Shown: piece after piece, positions 50,012-61,767 of the stretch
Layout: the number at the start of each line of letters is the position of its first letter
Position numbering within the stretch: the stretch's first letter is position 1
From: Vermamoeba vermiformis
Taxonomy: Eukaryota
Assembly: GCA_045837725.1 (NCBI GenBank)
Contig: JBEWZL010000239.1
Span: 372,001-436,000, forward strand
Direction: 5' to 3'
DNA: 64,000 bases
Program-made: the position numbers and the translations under genes
Notes under the pieces: model-generated
Seen by the model: the letters and a program-made list of their open reading frames with translations, nothing else
What the model was told of the DNA's origin: nothing
The model's database searches: none

Positions 50012-50123
50012 AGCAAACAAGATCTGATTTGCTAAGAATGTATATTACAAATTTATTCGCAATTGTTTCAAATATTACAAGGTTAAGTGTATCTAACAAC
50101 TAAGCTTTATACACGAATGAAGT

Positions 50124-53100
50124 CTATTTGCCGGCCCTAGATCTCGGCTTAAAGGTACGACGGCCACTGATATCGTTCGAAGTAGAGCTGCCTCCACCAC
50201 CGCCACCAAACAGGCCAGTATCAAAGATACTACCGCCACCGCTGGAGGGTTGTTCAGATCGAGAAGAGCTTGAGGTTGTAGCGAAGGGATTAGCTGCCGC
50301 GGAAGAGGGTTGGCTCGCGCCACCAAATCCACCGAATCCGCTTGTGCTCGGCGTGGTGCTGAAGGAAGGCTGCGAAGAACCACCACCGAATCCCGATGAG
50401 AACGATGGAGCACCGCCTGTTCCAAAGCCAGACGAGGTTGAGGTTGAGCTACCAAACGGTGCAGAAGTCGACGCGGAAGGTTGACCAAATCCACCTCCGA
50501 AACCAGATGCGGACGGTGTGGGTTGAGCAGGAGTCGAGGGGAACCCAGGGAAGGATGGAGTGGAAGTGCTTGAAGTAGTAGTCGATGAACCACCAAAGGG
50601 GAATCCACTGGTAGTTGAGCTCGAAGGTTGATTCGAACCAAAAGCTGGTCCCGAGCTAGATGTGGAAGGAGTCGTTGTGAAACCACCAAAGGCAGGGGTA
50701 GATGAAGGTGCTGTAGTTTGAGGACCGAATCCACCGAAAGCAGGTGTGGAGGAAGTTGAAGTAGAAGGGGTAGGTTGTGAAGGGAAACCGAAAGCCGGAG
50801 TTGAAGTGGATGTGCTCGTGCTCGTGCTAGGTGTAGGGTTGAAACCAGTAAAGCCTGACGTCGCTGAGGTCGAGGGTGCCGATGGTTGAGATGTCGATGA
50901 TGGGTTAAAGCCAAAACCTGAGCTTCCAGTTGTTGCCGAAGTGCTCGACTGACCAAACGGAGCGGATGTGCTTGGTGCGGTTGAAGGTGTTGTGCCAAAG
51001 GCAAATGGAGCTGCGCTTCCTGTACCAGAAGTGGTTGAGGTCGTAGAAGAGCCAGTGGGATTGAATCCACCGAAAGCAGGTGTGGAGCTTGCGGGAGTGG
51101 AGCTGCTGGATGTCGCAGGAGTACCAAATCCAAAGCCACCAGTAGTTGTCGTGGATGTTGAAGGTTGGGTGGTAGAGGGTGCAGTTGGGTTGAAATTAAA
51201 CATGCTACCAGCCGCAGGAGTGCTCGAGCTGGTTGTTGAAGAGCTCGTCCCAGAATTGGCGCCAAAAGCAAATCCGACCGTTGTGGGGGTGGAAGTAGTA
51301 CTTGCTGGCTTATCGGTGGCAACAGTAGTCATAGCACTAGTGAACAACGTGCTTCCAGTGTGCGATAAAGCGGGGCGGGTAGCAGTTGTGGTTGCAGAGG
51401 TAGTAGAAGCTGGTTGGCTGGTGCTCGGGGCTCCAAAAGTAAAAGTGCTGCCACCGGTAGAAGCAGCAGGTGTGCTAGTTGAGGGAGCGCTCGTGGAGGC
51501 TGTCGGGTTGAAGTTGAACATACCCGTGGTTGATGGGGCAGTCGTAGATGAGGTGCTTGGTTGTGACGCAGTCGTGGCAGGTGTGGTGGTAGAGGCTGTT
51601 GCGGTGACAGCAGGGAAGTTCATCGTAAAACCGCCAGTCGTGCTAGCAGCAGGCGTCGTGGTGGAAGTCGTGCTAGAAGCTGTGCTCGTAGTAGAAGGAG
51701 TTGGATTAAAGGCAAAGGATGGAGTTGTGGTGGCGGTGGAAGTTGTGGATGCAGGAGTTGTAGTTGTGGTTGTGGAAGTAGTTGTGCTAGTAGAGGGCGT
51801 GCTATTGAAATTGAAGCTCGTTGTTGATGGAGCTGTGGTAGAAGTCGTGCTAGCCTGTGACGAGGAGCTCGTTGAAGTGCCTGCGGTTGGTGTGAATGAG
51901 AAGGATGGCGTAGTCGTCGAAGCCGTGCTTGAAGTAGCAGCGGGCGTTGTTGTGCTAGTTGTTGATGGCTGAGACGAGCTTGTTGTGGGTACGTTGAAGG
52001 AAACAGAAGGAGTGCTCGAAGAAGTTGTTGAAGAGCCGGTAGTGGTCGCAGTAGCAGCGGCAGTCGTCGCGCTCATGGCAAGATCGAACAACGGCTTTTG
52101 AGACTTCTTGTCGTCCTTCTTCTCAGCATCGGCCTTTTCTTTAGCAGCAGAATTGAGCAAGAATTGAGCACGTTTGTCTTCCTCATCGTCGGCGAGCGAG
52201 TTCCACTTTTGACGGCTGGGAGTTTGGTTAAGAACAGAGGGTTTAGCGGTAGAATTGAACAAGACTCGACGTCGTTTTGGTGTTGACTCGACAGGAGTCA
52301 TTGGGGATTGAGGTTCGATGTTAATTCGAGGCAAAGCAGCAACTCCAATACTTCGAGAAGACGCTGCAATATCGTGAATCGTGAGTGGCTTTGGTGGACT
52401 TGCTTGCTTGGAAGTGGGCACGGAGAGGGTTGGAGGAGGCTTGAAGATATCTTCGGTGTTGTCAAGAGCTGGAAGTGAGTAATCCGATTGGTTATCATCC
52501 ATTCCGTTTGTATCGGGCTCCGAAACAAGATCAGGGACTGAGGACTTTAAGTCCATGGGAGAAATTTGCTCCACTGGTGGTTCCTCAGTCGCATCCTGTT
52601 CGACCATATGCTCGTCATCCGGATAAAAGTTTCGCTTTTTGGGTTGCTCTACTGACGCTTGCAAGCTGCGAGAAGAGCGAGGAGTTTGAGGAGCCCTTTT
52701 GCTTCTTTTTTTGGCAGGAACGTCTCCGTTAACACTGCTATCTTCGGGAATATCCTTCTTCTTCCTCTTCTTTGAAACGGTAAGCTTAGGTCGCTTTTCG
52801 ATGGTGCCGGGTGAGTCCAAAACATTTTCGTCAAAACCAAGCGCGACAGCGGCTTTGCGTTTAGGCACTCGCGGTTGATTCAAAAACTCTGAGTGTGTGG
52901 AAGCGACGCGTTGTTTCTTCGGTGAGGTACCACGAGCAGATTCAGTTTCATCATCACGTGTAGATCTCTTGCGTCCTCGGCGTGTTTCCGAGAACTCCAT
53001 TTCTTGCATAAAATCCTCATGTGAAGCCATCGGTGCGCTGGGATATGAGTCCTCAACATTGCCCAAACTAGCGACAGGTTGCATTTTAACGCTCATTACA

Positions 53101-53939
53101 TCGCCTTGAGGTTGAGTGACAAAAGTGTCAAGCGATCGACCACTGGGGGTTGGTGCAATGCTGATTGGGCCTAAAAAAAATATTAATATCATCTCATATA
53201 ATAACATTATAACATACTCTTTAAGCCCTTTTGGCTAAAAGTTCGCTGACGCAAGCTATTTGATCCATTGGCATCCAAAAATGAGTTAATGCTGACTGAT
53301 GGTGCTGACGGAGTAGTGTCTTCGTACGCATTGTAGTTTGAGTTATAAAAGCTATTGACTTGGCCAGCACGCGGTGATAAAAAGTTCAGTCTTTGGGGTT
53401 GCAACGGTGACGCGAATGGATTCGATGCGTTGTTGGTCGCGGTTGTTGCTTGTGATTGCTCTGGTGGTTGTGCAATTTGATTTAAGCGAATGGGAGGTAA
53501 ATTGGCTGTCACTAAACGCAGATCGTGAATTAGATCGAATCAAAAAAAAAAATTGTGCACTTACCATCGATCGGTAAATTACGCTTTAAATTCTTTGGTC
53601 TATTTCTGTTGACTTTGGCATTATTTATTGTAATATTTTTGTTGATCCTAAAAAACACGAAGCGATCAGATCACGATCCAAGCAGTCCAACAAAAGTATT
53701 GAAAATTAATTGATAGTTAAAACTAAAAATATTTGCACTACATAAATGGAGGGTTTTGGGACGATTTAGCAAAGAAAAGAAGAAGAAAGCATATCCGAAT
53801 CCGATTTCACGACTTTTTCTGACTTCCAAGAAAAATATCGGGAACAGGGTGCTACTTACGTGACCGAAGGGGAAATATACTTTGTATAAATGAACCATAA
53901 TATTGCTGCCACAAGAAATAATGAAATCCAAAACAACAT
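50124..53939 (-). CDS. FG-repeat nucleoporin, POM121/Nup153/Nup1-like, with predicted N-terminal transmembrane helix
   Basis: Ser/Thr-rich FxF/FG repeats (SFNF, AFGGF, GFGF), basic NLS-like clusters, and basic C-terminus GRRTFKPRSRAGK. Upstream exons 53860-53939, 53565-53647 and ~53218-53511 splice in phase. The true start may lie further upstream. Confidence 0.8.
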
Positions 53940-54609
53940 CTTTGCCTCCTCTGGTTCGTCAAAATTGTAGATGTGATGAATGGTTCGAGCTGTTTCTGAC
54001 TAAACGCAAGACGGCGAAATATATAAAACAAAAAAATACAAAGGTGCCTTGCGTGGTCGTCAGTAGTTGGTGTGCAAGAAAAGGCGCAAATTGAACAGAC
54101 AATAACTTTGGCGAGAAATTTGGCGCGTTTTGTGCAGTCCGGCCTAGTGAAGAAGAGCAAAGAGCGACTTCACATACTCTTGAATAATCATACAAGCGAA
54201 CCCAAGTGTTGCTTGTGCACCAATTTTTTGTCTCTCATCGTCATCCGAATTCGGATGCTTACCTCTCACCATGTTTTTAGGCAATGTATTTAATACGATT
54301 ATAATTATCGTAGTTTTCTTTCGACTAAACACTTGTCTTGGAGCGGATTGGTCTTAAAATCTGTTTGACGGCTCTCCGATCTAACAGCGCGATTTGAGAC
54401 AATTTGAAAATAATTTCGTCCGAAGCAATAGTTCGCAAAATCATGAGGGGACAGACAGGTCTCGATAAGAAAAAAATTACCTACAATCGCTGGGACTTGC
54501 CAAAATTGGGGTTGCTCAACGAAACCACGTGCAGCAGATTTTTACGAAGCAACAAAATAAATAGCCAGTTGCGGTCAGTTGTAATAAAAATCAAATCAAA
54601 CAACACATC

Positions 54610-56269
54610 ATGGCTTACTACAACGACGAAGACCTTGCTAAAAAGCTTCAACAAGAGCTTGCCGATGAGGAACTCGCCAAGAAAATGCAAGACGAATGGA
54701 ACTTACAACCTGTTCCTAACGCATCGATTCTTCCGGTAGCACCAGGCATTTTCGTCCCTCCTCGACCAGTAAACACAGTACTGGAGCGAGTTTGTGGAAT
54801 GGTCTACGACAACGAAGCAACCCGCTTGGCTGGTAAATACGGCTTAAACGTACAAAACGTATCTTGGGAAGATAATGCCCGATCGAAGGGTAGCTGTTGG
54901 GGCCCTTGCATTTCAGACAGTAAGTAAAAGACTCAAATAATCGTAAATTTAATTTAAATTTTTTGCGCTGCCTTAAATTCAAAATATTGAGCAATCAACT
55001 GTAATATGATTTGCATATTAATGTTATTTTACAGTGACCCTTCAAGTCGATGGCCATATGTTGCCAGTTATTCGATCACCGAACTTTGAAGATTTGACTT
55101 GGGATATTCCAATGGAAAAGATTCCTCTCGTGGTCGGTAACGAGAAGGGTGGAAATTTGCACACAGTTACCTTGAAGCAGTATTTGGAGAATTTCAGAAA
55201 CTACCTGCACAAACCAAATGGATGGAAAGGCCACCGAACTTCTTTATATGCCGCACGTGATACCCACGTTGTCACATCGGCTCAAGCTTGCTTCTTACCC
55301 ATTGCTGCCTCCGAAGAAACAAAATTCAACGTCGCAATTTACAACTACCAAACTCGTCACAATGATCCCGCTATTTTGGCCATCGTTGCTTCGAGCAAGG
55401 GCACCTCTGCTCAAGTTTTGACTGGCTCTGACAGTAAGTATCAAAATATTATCAATTATCTATCGCCAGGTTTCCTCGTGGTCAAATAGATTGCTAATTT
55501 TAATGTCTCAATAGGCAAGTTGTATTTCAACAATAACGGCGAGAAGTGTCCTTTCGTTGGTCAACGATTGACTGACTTCCGCAAAGAGAAGGGCGAGTCG
55601 ACTCAAGGACCCATGACTCAACAAGAAAAGCAGCAAAATATGTTGCTCATCATTCAAGTCCCGCTGAAGCAAAGACTGCCTCCCCCACCAACCTTTTACC
55701 CGCAAGTGTGTTACGACGAATGTGAGATCAATTTGCAGTCGGTCGCTTTTTCTGCTCCTGCCGCTCCAATGGCCAAACTCCGCTCCAATGTTGAAGACGC
55801 CATCATCAAGGTGGGCAAGAGCGAAGGTAGCTTTGAAGAGATCCAAAACTTCGAGATTGAACGCGATGATCGATACCCCGTTCGTGTCACCATGCAGTTC
55901 TACAAGGCCACCGATAACGGTGTTGTGAACGACGACAACATCAAGCAGATCTCAGAGCAAATTCAAGGCGCTCGTAAGAACGCTGACTTCATCGGATCGC
56001 TCGTCGTCGGTGGCGTCAGCAACAGACCCACGGAACCTACTTTGCCTAATCGCAATCCTTACGTGACTCCTGCTTGGTGGACCGAGTTCTGGTTGGTCTA
56101 CCGCAACGTCTTCCCTCAATACACTGAGGAGCGCGCCAAGGATAAGGTGTTCTCTGGAGGCCGATTTGCTAACAGCACCATGAACGAGGCTAAAGATCAA
56201 CTGATTGACATTTTATCGGCCGAGTCAGATCCAAACAAGAAACCACAACCTGTTTGGAACGTTTTGTAA
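54610..56269 (+). CDS. Uncharacterised protein with tandem MIU-like ubiquitin-binding helices and a conserved-looking domain
   Basis: Three exons in phase. N-terminal DEDLAKKLQQE/DEELAKKMQDE, then VSWEDNARSKGSCWGPCISDMTL, SAQACFLP, YNYQT and ERDDRYPVRVTMQFY. Confidence 0.75.
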
Positions 56270-56511
56270 ATATTCAGCGAATGATTCAATAAATGTGAAT
56301 TCTTAAAATTATTTAATTGTTGTGATGCGTCTCACGTGTCGATCGCGCGAAGGGACATATCACTCTCCCCGGTCTTTTTCGTTCGATAAAATTTCGGTTT
56401 GGAATTTTTTTCATTTTCATAAACTAACTTGAACTTGAACCATACACGGTTCATTTACGAATCATCTTTTAAGATCTTTGATTAAGCCCACCAGAGTCCT
56501 CTCCGAAGGAA

Positions 56512-59500
56512 ATGGGCGTTCCTAAGTTTTTTAGATGGCTTTCTGAGCGATACCCGCTCATTAACCAGACCATCGATTTCCAAAATGTTGGCCCTATCTT
56601 TGGTATGTGCATAAAAATAGGCAAATTATCATAAAGACGATCGTGAAATTGCACTGAATTCATCCGACATCGGCCTTCTAACTAACCCTTACTTTATCCC
56701 AGATTATCTTTACTTGGATATGAATGGTATCATCCATAACTGCACTCACCCTAATGACGGCCAAGTGGTCCATCTCACCGAAACAGAGATGGTGACCAAT
56801 ATTTTTCGTTACATCGAGAATCTGTTCAACATTGTGAAACCCAGAAAAACTTTTTTCATGGCTATCGATGGTAAATATTGTCTCCTATCGAGATTGATAC
56901 GATTTGTTTTTTTTTGAATTTTTCTTTTTCTCATCCGTAATCATTCGTTCCAAAGATTTTCTCTGAACGGTGTTGCATCATCGATCGTCGTAAATACGAC
57001 TCTATTATATGATACTAACCTTATACATCATTAAGGTGTCGCACCAAGAGCCAAAATGAATCAACAAAGACAACGTCGCTTTAAAACTGCGAAAGAAGCT
57101 CGTCTTTTGTTAGAAAAGATGGTTAAGGCCGGCGAAAAAATGCCTGATGAGCCTCCATTCGACTCTAACTGCATCACTCCTGGTACGGAGTTTATGGCTA
57201 GAATTAGCGAGCACATCAAATTTTTTATTCGTAAGAAGATTAAAGAAGACGTTGAATGGCAAAAGATCAACGTTATTTTCTCTGGACACGAGGTAAATAC
57301 ACGTGCATCAACTTACATAAGAGCTTATATTAACTGCTTTAACAGGTTCCCGGAGAAGGAGAGCACAAAGTGATGGAATACATCAGACATCTCAAGGCTC
57401 AAAATGAGTGGGACGCGAATCAAGTTCACTGCTTGTACGGTCTCGATGCTGATTTGATCATGCTCTCGCTAGTCACGCACGAACCTCATTTTGCCTTAAT
57501 TCGTGAAGAAGGTGTGCTCGATCGCAAGAAGAAGAGAGCAGTTGGCTCTCCCGATCAGAAGTTCCACTTGCTTCACATCTCTCTCGTACGAGAATACCTC
57601 GAAATGGAATTCGAGTCACTTAAGCACAAACTCCCATTCCAGTGGAGCTTTGAGAAAGTTTTGGACGACTTCATTTTGCTGAGCTTCTTCGTCGGCAACG
57701 ATTTCTTGCCTGGCTTGCCCAGTCTCGACATTGCCGAAGGAGCTCTCAATATGATGTTCAAATTGTACAAAGACATTCTTCCTACTTTGGACGGCTACTT
57801 AACTACTGCTGGCCAAATGAACTGGAGTCGCATTGAAGTCTTCCTTCGTGCCCTCGCCAAGCACGAGAGGCACATGTTCGACATTATCCCTCCTCACTTG
57901 GAGCAAGTCGAGAAGCGACTGAAGGCTGAGCGACAGAAGGAGAACAAGACCGGCAAACCCATCTTGGCTGACGTTTTGTACGGAGGTGGCCAAGACAAGC
58001 ACGAGGACTTGTTGATCTCCAACGACAGCATTAAGAGCGAAGAAGAGGAGGACGACGAATACTGGAAGACTACTTACTACCGTGAGAAGTTTGAGTTCAA
58101 GGCTGACGACAAGGAGTCCTTGAAGAAGTTGGTCAAGTCGTACCTCGAGGCTATTGCCTGGGTCTTGCACTACTACTTCGACGGTTGTGTCTCGTGGAGT
58201 TGGTACTACCCTTACCACTACCCGCCTCTTGTTTCAGGTAAGTCCTACTCAACTTACAACTGCATAATATTCGTGTTACTAATGTATGGATAGATTTGAT
58301 CAACTTGGCTGATGTCGATATCAAATTCGATATGGGCAAACCTTTCTTGCCGCTTCAACAGCTGCTCGGTGTATTGCCTCCTGGTTCTCGTCGATTCTTG
58401 CCTGCTCCTTATCAACGTTTGATGATTGATTCCGAATCGCCATTGAACCACTACTACCCTCTTGACTTCCCCATCGACTTGAACGGCAAGAAGCACGATT
58501 GGGAAGCCATTGCTTTGATTCCTTTCATCGATGAGAAATTGCTTTTGGACGCTTGCAATGCTATCCCTGAAGGTGAATTGAAGGCCGAAGAAAAGAAGAG
58601 AAATACTTTTGGAAGTTCTTTCAACTTTGTCTTTGATGCTAATGTCAAGGACACCTACAAGTCAACTCTTCCTGGATTGTTCCCTGACGTTATCGAGTGC
58701 AACTCGCGCATGGACGAGTACCACTTGCCCATGATGCCTGACGGTGTCAAGAACAACTTCAGCTTGTTGGCAGCAACCAAGATCGGTGTCCACGTTCCCG
58801 CTGGTCTGCCCACAATGAAGACTCTTCATCACCGTGCTATCCCTCGTTACTTGAAGGTCAACTTGTTTGGTAACCCCAGCAGAAGAGATACTTTGATGAT
58901 CCTTCTTAACCCCACCGAGAAGAAGTATCAAAGACACTTGAAGGCCATTGAAACTGACGAGCGTTCTGGCCGTAATGAACTTGATGACGATGATGTGGGT
59001 CACGCTCAATCTCAAGACCTTGATGAGGATGACTCTCAGAAGCCCGACATTGCCGATTTCGCTCGTAAATACTTGCACAAGAGCTGCTTCGTGTGGCCCT
59101 ACCACCGCGAGGCCTTCGTCACTCAGATCACTTCTGAGGACGGTCGTTGGTCCGAGAACGGTAGCTTTGCTGCTTGGAGAGGCCAAGAGATGAACCAATG
59201 GTACAAGGAGTCTCTTTTCCTTCGCAAGAAGTTCTTGAGCAGCAAGGGTGTGGATGTTGGCACCACTTGGATCCTTGTGCACGTGCGATTCATTGAAGGT
59301 ATGATTCGTGAACGCGGTGTGCTCGTCAAGAGATGGTCTGAGAAGGAAGAAGTCATTCCTTACCAAATCATCCAATCCGCTGCACCCACTGAAGATCCTC
59401 GTTTCCTCGTCACTGCCAAGCAACCCATCGACGAGTTCCCGATCAACACCTTCGCTATCTTCTTGGGCCACGCTGCTTACGGAAGCATTGCCCGAGTTCT

Positions 59501-61672
59501 CAGCCATCAACCCGGCAACAAGGTCAAGGTCGAGGTTGACGAAGCTGTTCCCGATACCAATGTTGGCTACAGAATCTTCAACGAGTTCAAGGAGAACTAC
59601 TTTGCCTTGAACGTTGTGGCCAAGAAGCTCGGTATCTCGAACAAGACTTTGTCCAAGATCACTGCCAGCGTCAAGTTCAACCCTGGTGGTCTCAACTTGG
59701 GCTTGAATTTGAAGTTCTCTAGCCGCGGTCAACAAGTCATGGGCTACACTCGCCGCATTGAGCGTGTCAGTCCTAACGGCCAAACTGTTAGCCGCTGGGA
59801 GTACTCTCAAAAGGCTATTGACTTATTGAGAGACTACAAAGAGAAGTTCCCCGAAGTCTTCAGTGTTGTCGAGGCTGATCCCGAACAGGAGGTCTACCCC
59901 GTCAGCTCCTTGTTCGCTCCTGAGAACACTAACAACAACTTCAACATGAACAACGTCGCTGCTGCTTTGCCCTCTGATAAGCAAGAAGACGAAGATGAAG
60001 ACGAAATTGTTGTTTACAGCGGTGCTGCTGATGCTGCTAGTAAGTTAACATAGCACTATTGGTCGTGCTTAATTCATAACTTATTCACCGTTTTTGTTTA
60101 GAACAAGCTGCTGTTGTTGCTAACAACAACAATAACAACAAGGGCGACAACAACAACGAGCAGAAGAAAGAAGACGACGCTGAGAAGGAAGAAGACCTCG
60201 AGGAGGCTTTGAAGAAGGTCGAACAAGCCGTTCCTGATCAAAACAAGGAACGCTTAAAGACCATCGTGGCTTGGTTGAAGGCCCTGCCCACTGCTCGCAT
60301 GTCACGCGTCACTTCTGGCAGCAGAACGATTCCCAAAGAAGGTGTTGCTGCACTTGAGAAGGAGATCGACAAGCACTTGAACACCATCGGCACTTTGAGA
60401 CCCAAGTTCGTCACTGTCGTTACTGTTGGCTTGTTGTTCAGACCTTTGAGCGACATTGAAATTCACACCAAGGACTTTGACGCACTCGGCAACAAACTCA
60501 AGCTCGGAGACCGTGTCCTCAACTTCAAGGACTCTGGCCCAGTGCCTTTTGCTCTCCGCGGTACTGTTGTCGGCATCAAGGGCAACTTTGTTGACGTCTT
60601 GTGGGACCAGAAGTTGATTGGTGGTACCACCCTCGAAGGCTTGTGCTCGGACTTGCGCGGCTACACTGTGCCCATGGGCAGTGTCTTGAACTTGAACGCT
60701 GAAGGTGAATCATTCAGCGGTGGTCGTGGAGGTCGCGGCGGTCGTGGTGGTCGAGGCCGTGGCGCTCATCGTGGCGGACATCACGAACAACACGATAGAT
60801 TCCCTGGTCAAGGAAACCGTCTCGGTGGTGAGGACAATAACAACAACCGCGGTGGAAATTTCAGACGCGTGTCTGAACTTGAAGGAGGCAACAAGATGAG
60901 AAAGAGCGGTGAAGTCAAGTCCGCCGGCTCTGTCAACTCTTCTGCTGAGTTCCCAGTCCCCGAACAAACTCCTGAAGAGAAGCAAAAGAACCAAGACTGG
61001 TTGGCCAAGATTCAAGAGCAGATCCAACAACAAGCTCAACAACAATCAGCTCTCCCTGCCAACCCGTTCATGTTGGGCTTGACTCCTGAGCAACAACAGC
61101 TCTTGACTTACACTGCTCAGACCAACCCTCAAATGTACCCGCTCGTCTTGCAAAACCTCATGGCACAACAACAGTTGCAAATGCAATTAAGCCAGCAATT
61201 GAACTTGAGCGGCTCTGGCTCTGTCTTGCCAGTCCCTGCTCCTAACTTGACTTGGCAACAACAGCAAATGTTCTCTGGTCCTTCTTCAACCACTTCAAGT
61301 GCCTCTGGTTCTTTGCACTCATCTCACGATGACAGCCTTGAGCCTCAAGGACACCGTGGTGGTCACAGAGGAGGTCGCGGAGGTCGTGGTGGTCGTGGCG
61401 GTCACCGTGGAGGCCATGGCCAAAAGCCCATCAAGCTCTTGCACCACGATGACGATGACAACCAACAACATCAACAAGGTGGTGATGATGGTGCTCACGG
61501 CGGTCACCGTGGAGGCCGACGTGGCGGTCGTGGTGGTCGTGGCGGTCGTGGCGGCCGTGGAGGTAACTACAGACCTCGCGATGAGCAAGGCGGCAACAAC
61601 AATAACAACACTAATGCCGACAACGACAACCCTAACTTGACTTGGCAACAAAAGCAAATGCTTGGCAAATAA
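56512..61672 (+). CDS. XRN1: 5'-3' exoribonuclease XRN1
   Basis: MGVPKFFRWLSERYP, LYLDMNGIIH, AIDGVAPRAKMNQQR, FDSNCITPGT, GEGEHK, YGLDADL, GNDFLP and WYYPYHY. XRN1-type C-terminal domains (LGLNLKF, LGDRV...GPVPFALRGTVVGI) and a low-complexity RGG tail. Confidence 0.97.
61241..61660 (+). repeat. Duplicated 30-nt motif (PNLTWQQxQM) flanking RGG repeats in the XRN1 tail
   Basis: cctaacttgacttggcaacaacagcaaatg (61241-61270) versus cctaacttgacttggcaacaaaagcaaatg (61631-61660): 29/30 identical. Confidence 0.9.
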
Positions 61673-61767
61673 GCTCCTGATGACAACCAAGCTCACAAAT
61701 AAAGACCCTTTTGACATAAACTTCGAAGTTTCATTCTTATATTTCCGTGCGAAAATTATTTATTCAC

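Noticed and set aside
50093-51972. 409-aa (-) alternate-frame ORF and 334-aa (+) Val-rich ORF
   Set aside because: Frame and antisense shadows of the S/T-rich nucleoporin repeats.
58662-59810. 382-aa ORF on the - strand
   Set aside because: Antisense to the strongly codon-biased XRN1 exon; no motifs recognised.
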